From assembly GCA_030141605.1 (NCBI GenBank), contig JAQGDQ010000234.1:1-64000 (forward strand): 64,000 bases of DNA, read 5' to 3'. Shown piece after piece: positions 54,706-64,000 of the stretch. The stretch comes from Tubiluchus corallicola (Eukaryota > Animalia > Priapulida). Numbering within the stretch: position 1 is the first letter of the stretch; each line of letters begins with the position of its first letter. The notes below the pieces were generated by a model, which was not told the DNA's origin, searched no databases, and saw only the letters and a program-made list of their open reading frames with translations. Made by a program: the position numbers and the translations under genes.

Positions 54706-56984
54706 AACATGGCCTTAACATTTTTTACCATGGTGCCTGTCGCATTTCATAGCTTCTTTGCAAAAGTTTGCATTTGAGAGTGTCAGTTTTAAATCCTTGT
54801 TGTAAGTTTGTTACTGATGTGGTAGTTGCTTGTAAATTTGAAAGTAGGTTGTTGCATTGATTTGCATATCATGCAGAGGTCTACATTGTTTGATCTCTGG
54901 TACATTAAATTGAACTGGTGCTGGATTGATGTTGTGCACTATATGGAATGTGCACAATGGTATGTTTTTATGAAACTAGTTGTGCTTTGTTAATTTTGCA
55001 TAATTATGGTCTAATACATTTATCATCATCCATTCAAGCCAAAGGCAAAGCTACTGAGCTTTTATAACCGATAAAGCATCTGAGATGCACTTCTGTTCAC
55101 TTGAAACATGGCCCGGTGCTTCACGTGGCTTACAAAATACTGTTTTTCTTGTTATTGTTGGAACTTTGTGTATAATTATATAAATTAATATTTTTGTTAT
55201 CTTAGATAAGACTCCACACGTTGATCGTGATACTGGAGAGTCAAGTAGCATCGTTAATACTGTTAGAATCCAATTGTACTGGAAAGTTGACATTAAAAGA
55301 TGTAGTCATGTAGCAGTTGTGCTTTAAAAGTATATTTTATAGAAGAAGCAGTTAATACTAAACAAAATGTTAGAGATATTCTCATTAATGTAGGTATTTT
55401 GCATACCACTAAAATTTGTAAACTTAGGTGTAAATATGTACCTCTACACAAACATTGGAATATAATTTTGTTATGCTTGACTCATAATATAATGCGTTTT
55501 TGTAGCTTATTTCCAGAGAAGAATATATGTACAGGGCCTACAGAAATTCCAGGAGAGATCGTATCTCAGACTGGGTGTTTCTGCGCTTCGTTAGAAGTGT
55601 TGACTGGAAGGGGTGCACAACAGCTGATTACTCCGAATTTGCCATTAGCGTACATGGTTAACGGTTATACGTCAACTTTCACAAAATTCTGTACACCCAA
55701 CCATACGTTGTTTTTTTAGGATGATATATTATAACTCTCTATTTTGAGCATATAAACATATATACATGTGCCCTCTATTTGCAGGGCTGTATAACAATTA
55801 ACAGTATTTACATGTCATTTTTAGCAATTTACAATATAGTTATGCTAGCATTGTATTAACATTACCTTCTTAACTGACGCTGACATCAATTACCTAAAAT
55901 TAATTAATCCCACTGGGTTAGTGACAAAATAAAATTACCTAACAAATAGTAGCAAAGTTAATTAGAATCAAATATCATGAGAAACTAACATGTAATTAAT
56001 ATCCTGTTGCTGCAAAACAAGTTTTCTCGTTTAATGCGACTTACGACCTTAATAGTGAACTTGTGACGTCAACAAAGTAAAAGTCGAAAAATTTTAATTC
56101 AAGACAGACAATCAGTTAATGATATCAACAAATGGCTGGTTAATAAGCCTATTTATCGTACTGTGACAAGCAGTGAACAACTGGCTTATAATAGCTAAGG
56201 AAGTTAACGGAACCTCTAGTCTTAAGTTTTAGCTAGGAAATAGACTTATTAAAGTATCGATGAATCAGATATCAGAATGGCGGTATAGCAATAACTATTT
56301 TATTATCGTAATAGGATTCGAAGCAATCAGATTAACGGCGGCAAACAGCAAGAGCTATAAATGTAGTAATTTCTTCATTTTTGTTCGTTTGATTTTTAAT
56401 GATTCGTTATGTCCATACTTTCACAATACTTTTTTTTTAAATGAACCATTGCTTCACTAGATTAAACATAAATGAAGTATAGTAATTTACGAAAATAAAA
56501 ACCACTCGACTGATTCTGCACTTTAATTCAGAATTATCTGTTCTGTATATAGCTTTGAGCGAACACTGTAATACATTCATTGAACACTTGGTGTGCTCAG
56601 AAAATGTGTTGTTTGGTTCATTAGTTTTTTATTAGTAATTTCCAATTGGAAAACAACCAGCTATGTCAATTAGTGAGCCAGTTAAAATTAATGACGTATG
56701 GTTATCAACATGAAGGTCAACAATAATTGTAGACCTATCTGCTGTACCTCTTGTAGCATATATGATTATATACGCGCTCAGCTGCACGATTTTACGCGCG
56801 CTAAGTGAATTATGCATACTCACGACAATAATTTCTTTTCTTACAAAAATTTTAGGCGTTTTATAAGTTACATGGCAATTATAATTAGGCAATGAACGAG
56901 GATTCACACAGAAGTCTTCAAGTCTAGCTCCAGCCTGTCCAGTCATATACAATGAGTTAAATTTTGTCGCAGTTTTCTGATTAC

Positions 56985-57920
56985 TCACAGGTAATATCGG
57001 TTTTGCAGCAGGGCTCAGTACTTGGACCAGTTTTGTTACTAATGTCTGTTAACGATGTGTAACTGAATCGCGCATCAATCTTATTTCAAAAAATTTTTGC
57101 TGATGACATCAAATTTTATTCAGGCAGAAAACTGAAAAACTGCGTACAGCTCCAGCAATCCGCAACCAAGTTTAAATGATATGGTCAAACACTTGGCAAT
57201 TGCAACTTGCTGACAATCAGTGCTGTCTCCTCAGCATTAATTGAGATGATCACGTCGAATATTGGTCAGATTCTGTTGCCTTCCATCTGTCTCCACGTAC
57301 CGAGAACCGACTAGGGGTTTTAATTGACTCCAAAAAATTTTAATGTTCATTTAACATATAGCTAATATTTGTCAAAAAAGCTTATTTTGTGTGAATGTTT
57401 TATTTAAATTTTGTTCTTCGTGATCTTCATATTTTAACCGGTGTATATTGTGTTTATGTTCAACGTGTGGAACTCTTTCATTAATGTCTAATGCACCCAG
57501 GCCCATACAATTATAGGTTCAACTGACAGACTAGAAATAATACAGAGAATATTCTCTTGCCGCTTGCTTGGCCTCTCATTTAGGACAGGGTGTCCACACA
57601 ATCGAAGGATTGAAATTCTAAAACTCACACCTTTAGAGCTTAGACGTTTGAAAGAGGACTTAACTATACTTTTAAAATTGTACGCACTTATATGAATGTG
57701 CATTTAATATTTATTTCACTTAGTAGTAACTCTACCGGTGGTCACGCATACCAGTAACTAATTGTTGTTCCTGACGTTGGTGTAAAAAATTAATCATTTT
57801 TTGTGCGTACAATATCCTTGTGGAACGCTATACCAGAAGAAGCTATTCAGTCAAACTCAGTTAAAGCTTTCAAATCTGCCTTAAACAGATGTGATTTTAA
57901 TAACAAATTTAAAATACTTC
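56985..57920 (+). mobile_element. Decayed CR1-group LINE, RT to 3' end
   Basis: Frameshifted QGSVLGPVL...VND, FADDIKF, TWQLQL, LGVLIDSK, LELRRL, LWNAIP...SVKAFK motifs in the expected order. Confidence 0.85.
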
Positions 57921-59464
57921 GTTAATTTGTGGTGTTCTTCATTGGCAGTATAATTTTCATTTTAACTCCTAAAACACGTGCGTCGGACGCTTTTAGTGTA
58001 ACCAACTCTTATGCTGATTGTAAAATGTTTTTTTTATTTATTTTAATTAACTACTATTTTTAATTATAGTGCTGTGGTGCGAATGCTAACTTGCGGACAC
58101 CATAAGTCATATCGTGTTTAATTTTTTTTTCGAAAATAGGTAAAATCTTTGCTGCTCTTGAATACAACTTAATTTCGAAGCAAAGAAAAAGAGAAATTGT
58201 AAATTGCAATATTGTAATTAAGCGCTGGCTGTTCCAGCACACTGAATTGTTGTCAGGGGTGCAAATAATTTACATTAAATTAATCTACTGTAACTAAGCA
58301 GCATGCTTTGTCGCATAATACAGAAATACAATGTCACGCTCAGCTCTGGCTACGGTATCCTTGCATGATCAAGTCACATTGACTCACGTTGGACATAACA
58401 GCACAATGCGTTGGTACTGGTGCCCATATGTCTTGGCGCTCACATGTCTGAGCAATTCACCATGTCTGTAGACGGAAAAGTACAGGTAATACAAAAACAG
58501 CCTATTGTCGCGAATAACACATGCAAGTAGCTAATGATCCTCACTGAAAATACTCCCGTACTCTATGCGAGAGTATTCCTGACGAATTATAAATAGAATT
58601 TATCTAATTACTTTTGCATTTACAGCCAGTGTTAATTTTCTCTTCTGCAAATTAAGCACAATTTTATATTTCTAGTAAACTTATTGTGTTAATTCACCTA
58701 ATTTAATAGGTTACTATGTTTTCAATCAGCAACTGATCATAAGGTTCAAAGTAATGCAAATAAAACAAAAATAGTCTGCTATTCTGCAGCATGCAGCTGA
58801 GTAACGTGTAATTGGAAAGCAGATTAAAAAATGAGTTTGTAACGTAAATGAATGGGATACGGTTCAAGTCAAAAATGAGAAAGACGAAGAAAACCTGCTT
58901 CTTTAGTTGCTTGCCCACGTGGATTACACAGAGTATGTCAGCCAGCGAAAATTACGATTAAATCGAATCACATAAATACTTAAACAGGAAGACTAGTTTA
59001 ATAGCACAGGTGTGGCAAAGACGGCGAAAGAGAGAAGATGTTGACTGGATAATTAGGCAGCACAGTAATATTCTTGCACTGTATATAGCAGAAGCCAAAT
59101 TATTGATACGAAATGACATACTGAAATTCACGAAACTGAACTGACATAATAAATCACTATACTTGATCTAGTATACAAATCAAAGACGCCTACTAAATCG
59201 CCAAAAAAGAAAAAGAAAAAGGAAAAGTACAATTACGTACGACTTCGCAACAACAGGACTGAACTGAACACATTATAAAGAATGGGTAACAAAATCGACG
59301 TCAATCACAATCTGTCCAAAGGGATCGAAAATTGGTTCAAAGATAGGCAACATTGCATGTGCACGAAACGCGGAAACACTGAAAACTTTAAAAATTGAAG
59401 GTGATGTTAAAATAGAAAGTAGCAAGCAGTGCATGTTTTTCTTCACCGCGAAAGTGTGACAACT

Positions 59465-59795
59465 AGTAAGAAATTAAGTCTTAACACAAGACATCGATTA
59501 TTTAATGCATACATTACTAGCGCATGTAGAATTTGTACTTGTATTGTTGTAGAACAGTGAAACGTGGTTTTTAACGATATCTCAAGAAAAACAGATTGAC
59601 ACGTTTCTTAGAAGTCTCCTAAGGAAAGTTTTTAGGATAAGATGGCCGTTCATGATCAAAAATGAAGAGTTACACTCTAGAACGAAAAAAATTACTTGGA
59701 GTTCAAAAGTCAAGCTCGAACTCGAAGATTAATATGGTTAGGACACCTCAGAATCAGATTACCAAATGAAACACCAGTCAGAATCGCCTAAAAAG
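59465..59795 (+). mobile_element. RTE-group LINE C-terminal fragment
   Basis: LSLNTRHRLFNAYI / LL*NSETWFLT...LLRKVFRIRW...NEEL / RRLIWLGHL motifs. Confidence 0.75.
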
Positions 59796-60500
59796 TAGGG
59801 TTACCATATTGTCTGAGTTGAAAAAGAGGACACTTTTTCGCACACTTTTAAGTAAGCAAAAATGACAGGTCTAGTGTCTATTATTGTATTAAAACAATGC
59901 AAAATAAAATGCAAATTATACAAATAGGCCTACATGTACTCTAATAGCAATACCAAATGGCTGTAGTGCAAAAAACATTAACCCCACAACACAAACATAC
60001 TACACCACAATAACGTATATTGCTAAGTGCTTTCGCAACCATGTCAACAGAATGAGGAGCCAACACATAGTTAACAATTGCTTCTGTTTTTGTTCGAGCA
60101 CACGACATCTTTCGTGCAATATCGGAATCGGGCAATATTGTTGTTAACAGGCCACAAGTACAATCCATAGATTTGTAGCTGTGATGGTGCTTGACGGTAT
60201 GAAAGGCCAGTGTTCCTTCAGCCGCCGACACAACACAGAATCGTCAGTTTTTGAGCCAGGTTTTACAAAAACATCTGTGGCTCTTGTGGACGAACTTTCT
60301 CCTCAACACTCTTACCATTTCTGTGTGCTGACCTGGGCATCCAAATCAAGCGCATCTTTATTTGCAACAGAAATGAAAGTTACGCCACCACATGTCGAGC
60401 ATTCGGATTCCCGGTAATATGGACCTGTGCGAAAACACGGGTACTTGGCCTTCATTTCATCTGTAAATGCACACTGTCGTTTCGGCATTGCTACTTTCTA
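59796..60500 (-). mobile_element. Internally deleted hAT (Blackjack-like) element with pseudogenised transposase N-terminus
   Basis: Terminus TAGGGTTACCATATTGTC...AAAAAGAGGACA at 59796. Minus-strand ATG at 60488: MPKRQCAF...ECSTC (zinc-finger-like, with stops and a frameshift), then AAEGTLAFHTVKHHHSYKSMDC...PDSDIARKMSCARTKTEAIV..VLAP. Confidence 0.8.
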
Positions 60501-60651
60501 ATTAACTTTTACCAGTTGCTGAAAACAGCGAAACTATACAAATTTAAAGAAATTCACATAAACAACAAACAAAATGGCTCCCGGAAGCTGACGCCATTTT
60601 AAGTCGTTAGCGAATACGCCGAGTATCGACAGCGGTGTGAGTCATGTGACC

Positions 60652-62491
60652 CATAGTGATGTGCGCATCGCTTACTTTTATTCAGTAAATATGTACACAA
60701 AGCTTTTACAAGTGTTGCATTTTGATATGTTAGCAACATCTTGTATTTAAAATTAACGAGCTTTTCTTTGTCTCGTACTGTCGTACGCCTCTGCAGTCCG
60801 TACATACTTACGGATTGAGCCAAAACCCGTGAACTTCCTCGTGAACAACTTCGCAAATTTTTTAGCAGTACGTTGTCTAATTAATGAGTAACTAGCTTTT
60901 TTGTATTTCATGGGAAATGCCTTGGAGCTGCACTTACGCCTTTTCCGGTGAAAAAATTGAATTAGCGCAGCTCTATTGATGACGTAGCAGAGTGTACACG
61001 CAGCTTGTTGTGATACTGTAGTACACAACTGGGCTAAAAATAAAGTTGTTATTACTACATTACAGTATTTGACCTTGGGTGGGATAGGTAGTCAGCTGAT
61101 AGAAATGATTGCCGTTGCGGTCATTCACATGTTTTCATCAAATTCTGCAAAAGCCATATATTTTACTACCGTCGAAAGTTAGGTCCATTATAGTATATTC
61201 TAATAGATGTGTAAACAATCATCGCGCAAAAGTATACCTATAGCATATTGTGAACCTTCTTGTGGCATTAATTGAAAACATCATCAGCAATACAAGCTGC
61301 AACAGTGTGGGTCTTGGTAACAAAAGTTCGTTTCTTGTAAAACAAGTCCGATAAAGTAACTTCATTCTGCTAGAAGAATTAATGAATTTGTAAACACAGA
61401 GAAACTTACTGAAGCATAATTATAATGCTAGTGTGACAATTTTTAGTGACAGCTTCATTTTATCAGCCTTGACAAAAAATATGTGAATCCCATAGACAAA
61501 GAGACTATAACATATTAGCTATAGAATTATTGATTAAACATATATGAACATTTTTAACTTTGTCGTGTTTCAGTCAGTTAAATTAGTAAGACTTTTAATA
61601 TCAACCAATACTTTAAGCATTGTTCATTAACTTTTGTTTTTACATGGTAACAACATGATTACACTGCAGTATTATTAAAATATTAGGATTAAATAAAATT
61701 CTTGTGGTCAGCTGGACTGAAATAAAAATTAATGATAATAATACATTATTAACATAATAATGTGGTTCGATGACAAAATAATTATTTATTGTGTTATTTC
61801 AAGCAAGATCATTCTGACACTCATTCTCGTACAAAGTTGAAAAAAGTATATGTAGTACAAAATAATCTAGTACAACGCCCTTTTTGCTACACAAGGATTA
61901 ACAATTTGCAGTTTGTCAATTTACGATTTACAATGTTTTTTCTTTCTTTAATATTTAAAATTCAGGAAGAAGAGGCATCATAAACAAAATTTTAGCGCAA
62001 AAAATTGCATTACGTCATGTAATTGTGATATTTTTATTGAAATGGATAAAAATCTCGAGATGACTAAACTGCATCGATAAACTATGCATTTGGGCTTAAA
62101 ATGAAACAAATTAAAATAGATACTACAAAAAAACTGCATCTGATTAAATTTGTCTGAAGTGTAAGCACCATATTTTTAACACTAGAGTTCATCATGTTCT
62201 AAACTCACATTTCAAAGCAAACAGCCGAGAAATTATCACACAGTTTGTAGAAGCGAACCCAGCTTTTTTAGATTGCGCTTTCATTGCTTCAATAATTTTT
62301 TATTGCTCATGGGAAACTAAAAGTTTTTATATTTTGGCTTTGTATTCCTTCTGACTGCTGCATCCCATCTAATTGCCGAATCCCACATTCCACGACTGTT
62401 TTTCAGTAAGAACAATCACGATGACCGAAACCAAGCAAATCACGCATTCAATCCACAATAAGCCAATATTTACCGTGATACTGTCACTATG
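60652..62491 (-). mobile_element. Possible decayed P-element/THAP transposon
   Basis: Inverted CATAGTGA (60652) / TCACTATG (62484-62491); THAP-like frameshifted GCSS...FPMSNKKLLKQ*KRNLKK near 62365-62265; no matching TSD. Confidence 0.3.
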
Positions 62492-63026
62492 TATAAACTG
62501 CGTAAAAGTACTTTATGCTGATGCTGCTTGTCGATGTAAACAATTCGTTTTCCTTTTGGGCATTTTGCCATGTTTCATCTGTAATACGGCAATTTTCGCC
62601 ACCACAGGCACAGACGCAGATCCATGTTCAATGGCGGCCTAGTCAAATGTTCATTTTGTGTACAATTTGATCCAAACTTTTGCCAAGGATTCTTAAACAT
62701 GAAATTTTCGTGAAGAATGAGGTACATATTTGTATTTGCAATATAATCGCGAGTTATTCAAGCTCAACTTTTGCTGATATTCCCCCTCTAACAAGCAGAA
62801 GATAATTTTGGGACAGTTATTGTTTATAATAGTATCCTTATCCATTATTAGTTATCAGTTATATAATGTAATGATATGATTTGAAGAATGTTGGTACTTT
62901 TGGTTTTTGTAACCAACACTACATGTTACACTTATTAGATACTCAGCTTACACTTACTAGTTAATTTAATGATTTAGAGTATCTTAGGCAGTTTAGAATG
63001 TCTTTTTAATATAGGTGTAAGATAGT

Positions 63027-63282
63027 ATGAGCAGCCAAGACTTAGTACAAAAGCTGAAAAAGTTGGGTTGTGAGGATGCAAAACATTTGCATCTCGACTC
63101 ACTTGACTGGATGTTTGAAGATAATGAAGTTGTAGCATTTCTTACCTGGTTCTGCAATAATGTGGATGAGAACAACATACTGACACCAGAAGAAGTTCAG
63201 CAATTTGAACAGTTACAGGTAGAAGGCACAGTATTAAACAACTTGCAGTTGGAGTCTCTTGACATTGTTAAATCTTCTGATG
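63027..63282 (+). CDS. HAUS3: HAUS augmin-like complex subunit 3, first coding exon
   Basis: MSSQDLVQKLKKLG...LDWMFE...FLTWFCNNVDENNILTPEE matches the HAUS3 N-terminal pattern (DWLFE...FLKWFCGNV..NVL). Donor G|gtgagt; an acceptor at 63014 implies a 5'UTR intron. Confidence 0.9.
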
Positions 63283-63829
63283 GTGAGTTTTTGAGAAACA
63301 TTTTGCTTAATAAAATAATGTTTTATGAAAGTTAAAATGTGAACTTGATGTTAGAACTATAATTTTTAAAACTGTAACTTCTTTTCCCTACTTTTCTCTC
63401 CTAGGTCAGTGATCTACAAGATTAGTAAAGTGCTTGTCAGTTAAATTCTTAATTGGTCACTTTTTACTTGCTATTCACTACTTTTTTGTAGCTTGCTGTT
63501 TCAAGACAATCATAATGGTTTTGTTTCATGTTTTGTTTTTAGACTACACTTGCTTGCAGTGATGTGGAACTAGTGCACTGCACACACTTGTACAAAAACA
63601 CCATAACAGACGTCTCTAGTGCAATCTTTGCACATACTTGTACAAAAACACCATTAACATTACTCTATCATAAATTGTAAAGTACACATGTAAAGATTCC
63701 AACATGATGTCACTAGTTACACCATGCTTTAGCCTCAGTTTTTGTTTTTTGCACATTGTAAGCAAAGTGATGTTACCATTTTTAAGTTACCAAGTTGATA
63801 TTTTATGTGTGTTTTTTTATTTTTTGCAG

Positions 63830-64000
63830 AATATCCATATACTTACACTGATCCAACATCAATGAAGCATGCAGTAGATAGTATGAAACAAGAAATAAGC
63901 AGACTGCAGAAAGAACGAAATGATATAGCAACTATGGAAACTGCCTTGAGTCTCCATGAGACAGCACTAAATGAGAGGTTATTTGATTTAGAAAAACTTC
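63830..64000 (+). CDS. HAUS3: HAUS3 second coding exon (truncated by window end)
   Basis: tttttgcag| phase-1 junction; open coiled-coil-like frame EYPYTYTDPTSMKHAVDSMKQEISRLQKERNDI... Confidence 0.8.

Noticed and set aside
54706-55900. miR-92 family site in the KLF 3'UTR, as in vertebrate KLF2/4
   Set aside because: No GTGCAAT found; only GTGCAC variants.
60599-62642. Host gene divergent from HAUS3
   Set aside because: No consistent spliced frame; stops and frameshifts point to transposon decay.
63580-63660. ~29-bp direct repeat in the HAUS3 intron
   Set aside because: Simple local duplication with no further structure.

Overview
AT-rich (roughly one-third GC by eye), intron-containing DNA from an invertebrate bilaterian; no prokaryotic features. 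Four spliced genes were reconstructed by hand from GT-AG sites with consistent phases: (1) SPRED (+, EVH1 plus Sprouty domain; 4 coding exons at 1998-18044, exon 1 uncertain); (2) complete 17-exon MSK/RPS6KA5-type dual-kinase gene (-, 43412-22312, 887 aa); (3) two-exon KLF1/2/4-group factor (+, 52862-54705, 383 aa); (4) the 5' end of HAUS3 (+, from 63027, runs off the window). Introns and intergenic DNA carry many decayed transposons (hAT, Tc1/pogo, PIF/Harbinger, CMC-like, possible P/THAP, CR1, RTE, Penelope, tRNA- and 5S-derived pieces) and microsatellites. The most notable observation is a 23-nt motif in the KLF proximal promoter (TTATATACC-N4-CTAAATATAG, containing a MEF2 site). It closely resembles the vertebrate KLF2 flow-responsive/MEF2 element as I recall it, suggesting a very deeply conserved cis-element; this needs an alignment to confirm.
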